Shown piece by piece: positions 1-57,445 of a stretch of 64,000 nucleotides of DNA (its first letter is position 1; each line of letters starts with the position of its first letter). A program made the translations under genes and the position numbers. Source of the DNA: Tubiluchus corallicola (Eukaryota; Animalia; Priapulida); the NCBI GenBank assembly GCA_030141605.1, contig JAQGDQ010000019.1:558001-622000 (forward strand). The letters are read 5' to 3'. Below the pieces are notes generated by a model that was given only the letters and a program-made list of their open reading frames with translations, made no database searches and was not told where the DNA came from.

Positions 1-1997
1 CTGCTTTATTGTGTATGTAAGCTTTGAATGTGCGCATAAATATTATTATAGATGCCCAAAACATTGTACCACATGTTAAAATCCAGATGAAGCCTAAGAC
101 GCGGCTCATAGATGTAAGTAATGAATTAGCTGAGTCAGTGTGGGGAAAACTTATTCACCAAAGTAAATTGCAATACGATTATACTCGCAGGAATGTGATT
201 ACTGTTGAAGTGCACCGGACCACTTAGGCTAAACAGTGATTAGATGGACTGGGTAAACAGTAGGCCTATAGGATAATGCACTAGTGTCTGCGTACTAGTT
301 ACTGGGGTAAAGCGAATTAAGCGATTATGCACGCTCGGTATTATTATCCCCATGTTCTAGTAGGAGTTGGGATTTCTCCCATTCTTATGCCACATTCACT
401 GCTGTAGTCCTTGAAAGAAAAAAGATATTTGAAAAATGAATTGGCGATGCACTAAATAGATGATATCTCTATTTTGATACATATACAAACAGTTTTCATT
501 CTTGAATTGAAAAAACTTAAAATGCAGCCAATTGCGCGCTAAGCTTAATTGTTATTTTGATAACGCTGAAGTGTTTTGCTTGTCCTATAATACGAGATTA
601 TAATGATTGCAGCTCTAACAACACCATGCAAGTATAGCGCGATTAGTACGTAGATCAGGGCAAGATTTACCGATCTAAACTTTGTGGGATAAAAAATCGT
701 TATTTCTTATTAGCTTTAATTATTGCTAATATTTAGCTACTTAACTGTAGTTAACTGCCACTTCTATGGTGTATTTTTTATAACAATATTTATTTCCTAA
801 AAGAAATACAAGCTTATCATTTGTACTTCATGCATATTTTTGTTTCTGAAAGTCTACGTGTACATCGGTAACTATACACATTAACCAAACATGTATCAAT
901 ATTTCACGTTGCTTATAAATAGAGTAATAATAAATTCAGCTACACAATTGTTAGTATAATATAGCAAAAGCATTTTGGTTTGTATATCGCCGGCATTGAG
1001 CTTGCTAACTTGTCACATTCTGCCTCTGCTGCCTGGCAACGGCGGGTGAAGCTGAAGCAAAGACGCGATGCTGTATGCGCTAATGGACCAGAATCTAATA
1101 GCAGTGTAGACCTGTAAAGTGGATAATTTAAAAATCTATGTTTTGAAATGAACTGTGAAGTAATAAACAACCTTGTCGCAACTGACGTGTTTTGACGAAA
1201 TTACTTTAGTGCGGACCTGCGTAAAATAACATTTGCATGAACATTATGCAAAAATTAATTAAATTAAATCTCGTCGCCTTTAAAATACTATAGATTTCAT
1301 TTTGCTTGTTCATTTTCCGCCGCATCGGCATATACCTCAGTTGTTCAGGGTGCTGACAGGCAGGCCTCTGCATTTAGTATAACTATCAACTGAAATTATC
1401 GGCAAAACCAATAATAAAAAATTTCTTTAGGACATAGTCCAGGAATGGCACCTTGAGTAACTGAATGCTTATTTCCAAGGTGGTTAAACACTTATTTCAA
1501 AGTGTTTTAGTTGATTGTGACATTTAATTAGAGTCTGATTTGCATGACCGTGCACTGACTTCGTTGTAGGCGGATATATGCACATCGCAAAGTGGCAAAG
1601 ATTTGCGGTTCAGTGACTGAGCTTATAGGATTGCCCCTGATAGTCATCTGTGTTCCGGTTCCGACGACTATTCAGCGATAATAGCAAGACTCTGTTGTTG
1701 TGAAAATTTGCAATATTTCTCGAGAAACCTCGAACGTAAAAAACGTTGTGCAATTAGCACCACGCTTGCATGACCTTGACACGCAAACGATTTTTGCTAT
1801 TTCAGCTGTAATTTTATCACCAGAATTGCTTCATACAATAAAATTCCGCATTTTTAAAGAAAACACGGCCAAACAGCACGAGTTATTATTTCATAAGAAG
1901 CGTTGCCAGCAGATGTACACACACATGTAAATATAAGTTTTTCGAATGCATTGTCATAATATAAAGAAAGTCGAACGTATGGGAACAATGAACAAGG

Positions 1998-1999
<2 letters not shown>

Positions 2000-2054
<55 letters not shown>
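2000..2054. repeat. (GA)n microsatellite
   Basis: Direct reading. Confidence 0.98.
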
Positions 2055-2058
<4 letters not shown>

Positions 2059-5033
2059 AGAAGAGAGAATTTGAGATGTAGTGGACTTTAGTATGATGTG
2101 GGCACAGTGTAACCAACAATGGTAGGACAGTAGTTTCCTTACACACGTACATGTATCACAATAACAGTAAAATCCATCTAAAGTAAAACGGGATGGTTAC
2201 AAACTTATCCTAGAATTTAACACAGGACAATAAACGCAAGACTATTTTCCCATTTTTCCTGCACAAAAACGTAAAGTATTCGGCAGAATTAAACTCCCGC
2301 GAATCTCACGCCAGACTATAATTTTATAATGCTTGAAGTTATTGTCACTTAATTCTCGTAATCACTAAAATTCAGTATTTTAATTGGACGAGGCAATTTT
2401 CTTTGCATTATATTCAGAAACAAAACCACCATTTAAACCATTTCTCCACTGCATTTTCGAGATATCGCGTCCTTAATTCCAGGAAATGTCAATTTTCCAT
2501 CGAGACGTGGCGCGTATTTTATGGAAATGAGACATGCAAATTCATTTTTGTTATGAATATCTGTCTTGTTCAATTTGAGTGATAGCTAGATTCCATGTTA
2601 ATGCTAGAAAATTGCTGTTCTTACTTGCAAAACTTCTTTCACATCGATCGGTTTCTCCAATCCTTTGAAAGTGACTATGACGAGAAACGGAGACCTTAAA
2701 AACCTCTGTAAGAAACCTAAAAATCGTTTCTTTCTTTTGAAGCTGTTTAATTGTAATTTTGCCTAATCCGCCTATGTTATCCTTAACAGTTTTACTTGAA
2801 TGGTAGTCTGCAATTCAAGTAAGCTAAGGAACTCGAGTCAGAGCACAAAGAAAAAGAAAGGTCAGTTCATTCAGCAAAAGTGCTAATGTGTGTCGGGGAT
2901 GCAGCATCTTATCTTCCCTGAATGTTTCTTCGAAATGCTTTATCCTCGCTACAGTTGTAACAGACCAAACTATAACGAAGCCACCTGATCAAGGTCGTAA
3001 TTTCTCACAGATGACAGTCATGCAGAATATTTCATTGCTGTGAAAGTCGAAACCCATTCCTTCCTCAAAGATCGATTACCAGTAGGTTGCTCTGCCGTAA
3101 ACAGTTTGCAAGAAAAACCACAGGGAGCCAAGAACCTTATTGTAATCCGTGCTTGTAGCCATTGTAGCTTTACAGCTTATTTTACTTTATCAACTGCTAA
3201 CATATTATTTTCATTGCCAATATTTTGTGGCACTGTTGGTTTGATTGACTGGGTAATTTCAAGTAAATGAATGAGAATCCTCTTCTGCTGCATTGATTTG
3301 CAACACAATGGCTATGCGACTGATGGAAGGAGTGAGTGGGACTCAGTAGATAGTTTGAGTCGATCTATTATACTTTCTGCAAGCAGCTATTTGCTTTGAT
3401 ATGTTGTATTATCAAACGCATGTCATTGAAATTCCATGATTGTATCACTGCTCTGTGCTTTGTGCTGCAGCTCCATTATTATCTGCACTCAAATTGAATT
3501 GAAACTTGAATTCAAATACTAATATATTAGAAGCTTGTCCGTCTGACATGATATGTTTAGCCGTGATAGAAATTTGTGATACAAGCTTGTGATAAAAATT
3601 TGAATGACTCAAAGGATCAAACAATTTCAACAAATATTCACTAGCGTGCAAATTGATGTACAGAAATATTTTAAAATGTAACTGAGAACTTACAGACAGC
3701 TAAATACTAAGACAACATACTTCTAGCACTAGTTTGCATTTGGAATTAGCCAATTCCGTTTGACGCAGGTACATGTATTTTCATTCAAAGGCTTGCGATT
3801 TCTAGTTATTTGTTCCGCCTGTCAGTATTTAAACAACAGGTTAAGCCTAACGTTCTGAATCAAAACCAAAAAAAAACCAATGAAGGCAGTTTCACCTAAT
3901 TGCAGTCATCAAAATGGTTTTTCTTGATTTTTATGCACAATTTCCGCAAATTATCCCAATTATTGGGTAATGAGTTGGCAGTTATACATTTCTACTTACT
4001 AGCAAACGAAACGACCAATTAACCAGTAACGGTTTTCAAAAGAAATAATGCGGTACCCGTGTTTAGTAGTATCACACAGTAGAACAGGAAAAACTTTTAA
4101 GATGCCTTGAATGTTCTAATTTCACTATTAGAAATCTTGTGTAAAACTGCCTGTATAATTATGGTGTCAATGCTAAAACTATTGGAACAATTAGTATACT
4201 TTTGGCCTTTGCAGCATGCATCATCTCAGTATGTGTTTTCTGTGTGTTTTCGATAATAATTAAATTACATGAGTTTTGAAGATATTGACATTTTGACAAT
4301 AATACGTGCCACTGTCGAAAAAAACATCCTCCAAATTATTCCTATTTGATAGTGGCACCCAATGGTCGTCGAAACGAAAAATATGTCAAATAAGACATAG
4401 TTGTTAGAGTAGTTTTTGCGCGTTTTCTTTTTTTTTATTACTTTTTTACTTTTAGCTTATGGTCAAAGTCGAGGTGCGTTCAATATGAGATACTGTTTAT
4501 TTGTTTAATAAAACGTAGCTCAAAACATTCTGTTCGCTGTTTAACAGTTGCCGTGCTTTAAAAAAACAGTCACCTACAAGCTGTGATGATTAATGTAATG
4601 TATCTATATCTACATCTACATAACACTATATCTACAGCTAGGGATAGCTAATCAGCTACAACTAGAGACTTGGTTCCCAAAGTCATGCGGTACTTTCTCC
4701 ATACTGCCTGATAAAAGAATTTTTGTGCTTTCTTTTTTACTCTTCTTTGTGAGTTATGTGAAGGCTCTGTCAAATGATATAAGAACAATTATTCCATTGA
4801 AAACTTCATTTTAATAAAATTTTCGTTCTCCATCCTTTATTTACTTGTAAAAATACTGTGAACGACATGTACACACATCTACCAAAAGCAAAATGTGGTC
4901 CATAGTCTATAGTGGGCTGCGACGTCTTCTTCCAAGGCCAAGTGAGCTGTGGGCCAGAAAAGGTTTGGAACCATCGACCTACAAAATTGTGTATTGCGAG
5001 TTAACGGTGTGTATATCAAACTTTGTTTTATAG

Positions 5034-48792
<43,759 letters not shown>

Positions 48793-51478
48793 TCACTAAA
48801 CTGGAATGCCATTTGACTGCTTTAGCAACCTCCACCTAGTGGTGCGACGACGACACAGCCTCATTCAGCAGGAGTATAGCTGTTTAGAATTCATTAGTGC
48901 CCCCTGTCCTTAAACTTTGAAAAGAGGGCCAGAGTTATGCTTGAACAGTAAATTATATTGTATACACAGACATTGTCTGTTTTATATTTCCTTATTATTG
49001 TGTGTTACGATGTTCTACAATCTACAGTGACGTGAACCTGCTGCTGCCACTTAGTGGATGATATTGAATGAAATTGTGGCTTTTCAGATTATGGAATGTT
49101 GGTGTCTTACAATTCGCGCGAGACTTCATTTATGTGATATCATTATGTAATTGTAACAGGAAAATGTCAAGGCCTTTGCTACTACATACAGAATGTGGCA
49201 TCTTTCGCTTTCTTACCATATCGTACTTTTCTGCTTTATAAACAATGCACAAATGTTTTGCTAAATATTTGAGCAATTGGATGTAGCAAACTTTTCGGTA
49301 GATTTGCTGAACTTGTTTGAACAATATGGCTTCCACCCACATATCAAGCTATACAAATATACAAACCTTTACTAATCAAGTCTGGACCAAGTGTGATGGC
49401 ATTAGTGCAAATTATGTAATAACGTTTTATTTACAAACAATAGTTAACTTGTTTTTCATATTTGCAGATCTGTTTTATTTTGCACTTAAGTAAAATCTAA
49501 CTGTGCAAGATAATTTTTTGTTGCTTTACGGGATATTCAATTTAGTTTTTTTTGATAGAGCACACTTTTGGGTTACTCGCTTATGGTAAAGCTTATAAAC
49601 GGATTCCACGACAACAATAAATGGCGTTTTAAACGATATATCCAGCTGGCCGTGCAGTTTGGGCAGAAAAAAATCAATAAGCGAGTAACTCAATGCGTTG
49701 TTTATTCATCAAACTGTATATCCAACTATGTATGTTGGAATTCATGGATATCCAACTTCCCACATTTAGAGATTTGCTGAAAAAGTGTATGAGGCGTGAA
49801 ATAAGCTATTCCAGGTAGCGGACAGTTACCTTATAAAGAATTTACCAACAGATTTTGAAATTTAAATCCAATTAACAATTTCGTTTAGTCTTTGGTAGGT
49901 ATCAATCGCCTGGTAAAAGAAGATATGATGAGTAATGATGAACGCCGCTGGCTATGGACAGCATTAAACGAAATATATGATATATGACAATTTTAACTAG
50001 GTAAACATGTCTAGTTTATATTATAGGTGAAGGTAAACATGTTCAGTGGCAAACTAGTTGTAGCCTGTGCGTTGTTTGTCAAAGTAATCATCTGCAGCAC
50101 TTTTTGTAAACCTCATAATAAAGTATTACACAGGGCAGGTTATTACAATGTAAAATACATTCTGTGTCACAGCTGTTTTGAAAATAGTTTTAATTTTGGT
50201 TTATTATTTGTATAATACTACTTCTATGAATCACGGTTCTTGGTCTTTAAACAACCTTGTCTTACCCATCTTCAACTTCTTGAGATTTTGTAATATTGGT
50301 TGTCTATGTGGTGTCTCACGAATCCTCACGTTAAAAAACGTGATTAGCTTTTTTGGTCACATTTGCTTAACTTTAGTGAAAATCGTTTTAGATCTGACAC
50401 CAGTGGAATCATGTAACACTGCTGTATATGCCGTGGTGAAGTTTGCAAACTGGATAATGGTGTACTGTTATAGAAATGTCTTCAAAATAAGTTTTATTCT
50501 GATATTTCTTCTCATGTTAATTAAAAAATAAAACAATTTGCATAATGTTGGTATTTTGTTCTTCATGTTTACACACATTTCATCTATAGCGTCCCTAGCA
50601 TACCGAGAACAATTAATAAATTCTTTCGTTGGCTGGCTGTATTTGTTTGCCGCCCCCCCCCGTACGGAAGCGTTTATTATAAACTGCCACTACACGCAGG
50701 GCCGACTATTCGTTGACAATTGTCAAATTTTTCAAAGAGCTTGCTGTATGTATACAGGTCCTTTCTTGACACTCTGAGTATTATTAGTGCATCACTCCTA
50801 TTTTGGGCATCGTTCTCACCTAGTTTTCCCCATGTCGGAAAACGCTTTCTGGTTCTTTTGATATGTCGACATTTTTATCGTTGTTTTTTATCTAAAGGTG
50901 TTTCTGATGTTTTAACATTAAGTATAAGCTGGAAGACTGTTAAAGCCAATTAATGCGAACACGTGAGAACTACATCTTGCTTTCCGTTGTAAAATAAAAC
51001 TAAGAACAAGAATTAAAACTCGGGATATAATTGTTGCTCTGTAGGAGTCGAAAATTGTAAGGACAATATTACAAATATTAGTAAAGACGTTACGTGACGG
51101 TTATTACACTCGCATTTTGATTGGTTGAGCTCTTGGTTCGGTCTAACAAAACCAGATCTGGCTTACAGTACTTCAGAATTGGGCAGTGGCTGGAAAGTGA
51201 TTAGGTTGTATGTTGGTACTCCTTTGCCTCTTCTTCTGAGCCTATGAGTTACAGCTCTGTGGCAAACTAGTAAGCTGCCACAGTTTTTTCTGCATGGTAA
51301 TTCTCTTGTTTGTGTTTCTCCTGATATCAATTTACATCATTTACATTATTACATGAATCCTGCCTTAATCTAGTATCGAACATAAAGTGTGGTGCAGGTG
51401 GTGTATGGATCTTGAGTGGCCGTGAGACACTGAACCGATGCGTAATTTTGAGTTTTGACCGTGGTGCCATTCGGTGGG

Positions 51479-52069
51479 TAAGGCTGGCAATACGACTTCC
51501 TACCTTTAAAAAATACGTACTTGCAAAGTTGAATCGTACCGTGCTAATACGATAAAATATCGTACCGCAAGTGCGCGCCAAATTCCGTACCAGTTCATGT
51601 AGGATCTACATATTAGTGACATAAAATTAATTATAAAAAACGGTAATTTTATCAATTCTTATTATAAATTTATGCATATATAAAAATAGAACTGCCGTTT
51701 GAGCTTCCATACTAGTTATTTTAGGTTACAATAGTTACACAATTATTACAAAGTTAAATGACAACTGGCCCTACTAAACAACATGCCGCTTTTGCACCCA
51801 AAACGAACCAATCTAGCCGTTTTGTTTGCGTGTAATCTGTGCTAACTAAGGGAGAACAATAAGTCCCCATCCTTGAGCAAAACATCTCATAAAGTAGAGC
51901 AGCTGACCACGGAAACGTTACAAGAAGCTGAGCAAAAATAGTACGGAAAAAGTTCGATAAAGATACGGGAAGAGTACGAAAAAAATACCGTAATTCCGAA
52001 CCGTACCGTACTTCTGAAAAAATACCGTACCGTAATTCCGTACTGTACTTTTCAGAATTACCAGCCTTG
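51479..52069. mobile_element. Putative MITE with short TIRs and CCGTAC subterminal repeats, between RGS7 and galectin B
   Basis: AAGGCTGGCAAT ... ATTACCAGCCTT termini; many (C)CGTAC/GTACG motifs at 51515-51590 and 51940-52050; no TSD found. Confidence 0.5.
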
Positions 52070-52365
52070 CTGGTCGGTACGCTGACAGAGCAATACAATT
52101 CACGCGTATGTATGTATTCAAAACGGTTTAACGTGTAAATATAGGGATAACGAGGAGACAGCACTTAATTAACAATTACTGAGCACTTCAATTTTTGTAA
52201 AAAGAAGTTAACCGTATAATCCGCCTTATTTATGTAGGACAATTATCATGATAATGGCGCATTTAAGAAGCGATTTTCTGTATAAGACAAGTTACTGTCT
52301 CTAATGATGCTATTTAGAATGGTGAATTAATTCCTACGTAATTTATGCTGCAACTAAAAATTAGC

Positions 52366-52371
52366 TTTATT
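52366..52371 (-). terminator. Candidate polyadenylation signal (AATAAA) of galectin B
   Basis: Minus-strand AATAAA about 135 nt after the stop codon. Confidence 0.45.
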
Positions 52372-52504
52372 AATCAAAGCTTTCACAATTAAGAATTTTA
52401 AGATGGCATGATTATAAAAGCTTCGGTTCAAATCTTCTTGCAATAAAACTTCATCAGCAGTATTTTTTATGGTTATTAAAAGCGCTTGTATGATATGAAA
52501 TTAT

Positions 52505-52628
52505 TCATGCCACTAAAATTTGCCAGATTTCCACTTCGCCGTCAATTCGTATGTATCTCAGTTGGCACGGATGTTGGAAGCGATGAGCAAACGAAACAAA
52601 GTATCTGCCATTGACACCGACGTCGAAC
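52505..52628 (-). CDS. Galectin B exon 5: FDVGVNGRYFVSFAHRFQHPCQLRYIRIDGEVEIWQILVA*
   Basis: ctaccag acceptor, phase 2; typical galectin C-terminal strands (VNG..F..F.HR...I.G.V). Confidence 0.92.
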
Positions 52629-55600
52629 CTGGTAGCAAAAAAGAAGTACACTGTAAACAAAAACGCAACCGTTGCAATCTTCTTGCTCTCTTTTACAAAA
52701 TAGTGGGGATGTTGAAAATGATGAGATCAACGCTCGATCTAAATTATCATTAGTTAGAACTCTAGATCATAACCATTGTTTGGAAATGAGTCTCGATCTC
52801 GACTTCAGTTTCGATCTAAGGCCCATTTCACAGTGAGAACGCAAGGAAAATTGCGCAAGGAATTGCTGTCAGAAAATTTTCATAAAATTTCCGATTTTTC
52901 CTCGAAATCCCATACAGCAAGAAAGCTCAGTGCACAGTGAAACCCCGCCGTTTTTTCCACGCGTCCAGTTAGCTGCAGCAACTTTGCGGGTGTCAAGCAT
53001 AAGCTTTTTCTCGTCAACATGGACAACAAAGACGACGTCATGTTGTTAAAGAGTACTTATTATTATTACAATAGTATTAATTACCGTCGTTACTCGGTGC
53101 AATAAGTTAATGACACAAGACAGCACGGTGGTGGCGCTGCATCCTTGCATTTGAAAGACGGTCGTTGTTGCATTAATAAAATTGTCTGTCTTTGAAAAGA
53201 GAGATTAAATCTTAAAAGTTTTGTACTGAAATGTGTTAATTGTTGTTCGTTAAACAATAAAAAGTAATTGAGCAGTTAAATTTAATCTGAATTCCCTCAC
53301 AAAAATGGTGAACATGCATTATTTCTAAAAAGCTGCAATTTTCCTCGTGAGGCGGTCGCATAGCGAGGCGTCACTGAGAAGTGCGCCGTAGAAAATATTG
53401 TGTTCCATTTTCGTGAGGGATGCCGCATGAAATTTTTCCTGGAGGCATTTTGCTGCGCATCCTCACTGTGAAATGGGCCTAACAGTTACTTTGGATCTTA
53501 AGATGCGCACATACGACGTGCGAAGCATTATCTAGTTATTAATAAAATTATGTACTGACCTCTGTTTCTTGGTTAATTGTTTACTGTTTGAAAAAATAAT
53601 AATCCAATTTGAATAATTTGATAATAATCCAAAGAATGATGAGCGCAGCTTTTCTTATTGTATATTCTAGAACAAATGCAAACTCAGATTTACCCGCTAT
53701 TTGTTACTTTAATCTTTATCATGAAAAGTTGGCCCGGTTTGAAGGGGAAATAGGAAGCGCTCCTCTCCTCTGAGCCCCAATCAGCGCCTAATCTGGCATT
53801 CCTGACTACGATCTTCTCATCAAAGCGAGGGTTAAAGTGAAAGGCGATCGTGTTAGTTGGACTCTTGGGTCCTACTTGAATATTGATGAAAAATCTGTAA
53901 AATAAAAAAGTAAGAGTTCCACATCTCCAAATTATTAGCGAAACAACTTTGCGGGCACATTATCAATTCTTGTCAAGAAGTTTAGTCAAGAAACATCGTA
54001 CAGGAATTCGAATTAGCCAATTTCCCAATTTTTTTTTACAATTCACAATTATTAACTGCTAAAATAAACCGAAACCTTCAAATATCTGACTAAAATCGTA
54101 CACGTCTTAGACCGTCAATTGAATTCCCTGAAGATTTTTAAACCTTGCAGACCTCGTAGAATCCGTATATAGCTTTAGGCTGAAATTGTAATAATTGCCG
54201 CTGAAAGGTGAACAAATCTTCAACAGCGTTTAGGTTTGCATCTGTAGTTGAGAGGGACTCTAACCGCGAGATAAAAATTTTTCAATTTCCAATTTTTTAA
54301 TATTTGCTGGCTTGCAAGAACTTGTAAAACTGCCATTTAAATCGAAATGTTTGTGTACGCTGAGGTTGAGCCATTTGATAGACGGAGATTGCGTCGAAGA
54401 CAAAAAACAGAGTATTCTAATGCACCAATGTCCGGCGCACGCGCAGCAGTTAATAGAATATAATGCACACCACGCTATGCGCTACATTACTTTATGCTTG
54501 AAAAATCAGTAATCAACATGAGATTAGGAATCCATTCAATGCTGCAGTGCTAACGACATGCCAACAACTTGTTAGACTTTACCAGTCTAAAACAATACTC
54601 AAGCAACCGTACTACATAATAAAACATTACAAGTTTGCAGTATTAAAACACGCTCTGATGTAAGCCTAGTAAAAGGAATTATTAATGTATTTATTAGTGT
54701 CCGTATCCCATCCTGACGCAAAATCTAGTGGCACTGTCCTTTTTAGTGCAACACTGTGTGGTGGCGAATCAACTTGTGGTGCAACAGTCCACGTGTAGTG
54801 CAACACTATTGTGGAGGACTTTTACTGTAGTTACTGTAGTGTGTAATTCAAGTTTACTTTGACACGCAGCTTTTATACAAATCCAGTTGAGATTCGAAAA
54901 AAGGAATAGTGGTGCACCAGTACCCAGAGTTTATGTGAATTATGTGTAGAAAGACAACGACCTAAGAAATCAACATTATTTCATTTTGACTTTAGCGAAT
55001 AAAATTAACAAAAATTTAAAAATGCTCGTTGTCAAACGTATGTAAAGTCTCACCCATAACGGCCTGGGTTTTCAGATGGTCGTCCCAAGAAGTAAACTGC
55101 TTTTCCTGAGCAAAATCCATTTTGGGTTTGCGTTTCGAAGGGAAGGCCTGGCATCAATGCTGATTCTCTGACCTATAATTTATGTAAATATATTTTAATT
55201 GATAGTTTATGCATAGGCGATCAATATATCCAGCAAGGCAAAAACCAAGTTGTGTTGGCTATCGCTTATATGTGCATTCTCACAGGCATAGGATGCCTGC
55301 TTCTTTATTTGACGAAGAATATTTTGAAGCTATCCTTGGTTGTGACGGCTTCACATGTGTTCTACTGACTTAGTCTTGCAATAGCTGCGATATGTTAACT
55401 TCACACATTTTCGGAAACTATAGGGTCTTATAATCGGCGTACATTTTAATTAGCAATAATTACCATAATGTAGTAGAAAGAACTAAAAAGTGTTGGAAGA
55501 CTTGTGGAGGTGGGACCACTTTAAGAGATACAGGAAATTGGACTATGAAAAAATATGGAAAAAGACTAGTAGAGGTGAGGAACAGCATCCAAAGACGCGT

Positions 55601-57253
55601 GGAACTGTGTACGGAAAACAACCAAAGTCTAGTTTATAATTCAACACGCCCATCTTTCCTGCAATGGCGAACGTTTTGAAATACAGGCGTAACTTCACAG
55701 CTACGGTCGCTTTTATCGTTTTGGTATTTTTAGTTTGCAATCACCCGTTCATTTACTTTATGGCAATTTGTAATCTAATTGTCACTTGTATTTTTTGCGA
55801 CATAAAGTCAAAAAATCCAACGCGATCTTATTAATATACCTACCAGTACCAAACCGAATGTACTACAACAATTAAAACAGTGACCAACTCCAGCCAACTT
55901 AATTTAACCACTTCGAAAAACACACTACTCTGGCTGTAGTTGACGCTGGTCAAAAAGGGCTTGAGCATTTTTGAAACAGAACGTAAAATTGTTTAGTCAA
56001 CATATTCGTATGATTTCGCCAGGAAAACAATGAAATGACTCTTTTACAAGAAATGTTAGTTTTAGATGTAATTACATATACCTGCCAGTTGAGAAATTGC
56101 TCAAACACATTTCTAGGTATCGTATCTCCATCTTCTAGGGAATTATAGACAGTGGATGAAAACTCGGCATCATCGCTTTCTACGTGTTGATCAGATGGTA
56201 CCAAGTGAACAGCTGGATAAGATAATACAAAGAAGTGCGCTACAGGATGACAAACAACAGGAAAACTGGCAGAGCTGTTATTCGCGTAAAAAAGGGACGT
56301 ATACGTGCAATTTACGTGATACGAATAGCAGTTCATTTATTGAGTTAATCGCTTGCTAATTTATTCGATCTATAAATGGTTTGTTTCACCGTGATACTTT
56401 TCTCTTTCTCGTTGTTCAGTTTGTGTAATAAGATTTTATCAGTTTTTTAGTACTATGGCATCGTACAATTTTTTTTATAAAACAGACACATGGCAACGAA
56501 TAATAGTATTCTAAATGACATCCATGTAGTTGAGCAGAAAACTCAACAAGTTTTACGTTCCGGACTAGTTTTCTTTTCGTAAAGTGGGCCTATAAGTTGC
56601 AAGTGCGATTGTAAAGAATGAGCGGAATTTGTTAGGTATTTGATACTTTAAAGGGGGAGCGCGTTGACGGTCCAAGGTTCTTAAATTACCCTTTCTTTAA
56701 TAACCAAAGCCGAAAAAGCGTGAGTAAAATGAGAAGCATGTTTATAGGCAGAATACCGTACTTACATGTGTTTTAAATTGCCAAAAATTGCAATGTTTGC
56801 AAACACAAACAACATTAATAACAGTGCAACAAACAAACAATATTAATTAACGTGAGTATAAGCATTGATCAAAACTAATATATCAGTAAACCGTCTAACG
56901 TGGGTAATGCTCTGTGCTCTAAGACACAGTATCTACATATTACCAACGATTTAGTTTGGCAGAAGGCTTTTATAACATACGATATTCATAATATCTAAAA
57001 ATAAGTTAGGTACAAGTTTAAGATCACCCATGTCATGCAAGGTCAAATCTACCCATGAATGCGGCTTCAACGTGTTTAAAATCGCGACTGTTTTACACTT
57101 GCAACAGTTCGCGACAGCGAAAACTTAGCCGGTGAAAGAAACAAAAAATAGCTAGATTACATTTATAGAGAAATCTTTGCCATCAAACTTACCTGGTAAA
57201 GGCCATGCAATAACAGTCACTACAAGAAAGGAAAACACCACTAAAACATTCAT
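52505..57253 (-). CDS. Galectin B: single-CRD galectin with predicted signal peptide, 211 aa, 5 coding exons
   Basis: complement(join 57193-57253, 56082-56212, 55054-55172, 53694-53894, 52505-52628) = 636 nt, all GT-AG, same phases (1,0,2,2) as galectin A; IAFHFNPRFDEKIVVRNARLGADWGSEER. Confidence 0.9.
52820..53479. mobile_element. PIF/Harbinger-type (Tourist-like) MITE in the last intron of galectin B
   Basis: Perfect 18-bp TIRs GGCCCATTTCACAGTGAG / CTCACTGTGAAATGGGCC with degenerate extension; TAA on both flanks (52817-52819, 53480-53482); no ORF. Confidence 0.88.
53694..53894 (-). CDS. Galectin B exon 4 (sugar-binding exon)
   Basis: FFINIQVGPKSPTNTIAFHFNPRFDEKIVVRNARLGADWGSEERSASYFPFKPGQLFMIKIKVTNSG; 201 nt, same length as in galectin A. 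Confidence 0.96.
55054..55172 (-). CDS. Galectin B exon 3: VRESALMPGLPFETQTQNGFCSGKAVYFLGRPSENPGRYG
   Basis: ttatag acceptor, gtgaga donor; aligns with galectin A exon 3 (YFxGR...NPGxYG). Confidence 0.88.
56082..56212 (-). CDS. Galectin B exon 2 (acidic spacer): AVHLVPSDQHVESDDAEFSSTVYNSLEDGDTIPRNVFEQFLNWQ
   Basis: cttatccag acceptor, CAG|gtatat donor, phase 1-0; inside ORF 55950-56336. Confidence 0.8.
57193..57253 (-). CDS. Galectin B exon 1 (signal peptide): MNVLVVFSFLVVTVIAWPLP
   Basis: AAAATG start context, hydrophobic core, V-I-A cleavage motif, G|gtaagt donor. Confidence 0.82.
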
Positions 57254-57439
57254 TTTCTCTTCGCGTTTTGTAAATGCGTTTTCTCTTAATAAGCGCCAAG
57301 ACGTGTGTTTACAATATTTGCAATATCGGGATGCCTTTAAACTTGCTGAATGCATATAATAAATTAATAAATTTTACCCTGGCCAACACCTGTTTTGGAT
57401 GTCTTCTTGCGTTACACGTCCCGGATACAGAGCTGTTAC

Positions 57440-57445
57440 TTTATA
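57440..57445 (-). promoter_or_regulatory. Candidate TATA box of galectin B
   Basis: CCTATAAAG on the minus strand about 190 nt upstream of the ATG. Confidence 0.35.

Noticed and set aside
1-5033. First coding exon of the RGS7-like gene
   Set aside because: No exon with a recognisable R7 N-terminal peptide and a phase-0 donor was found; it probably lies upstream.
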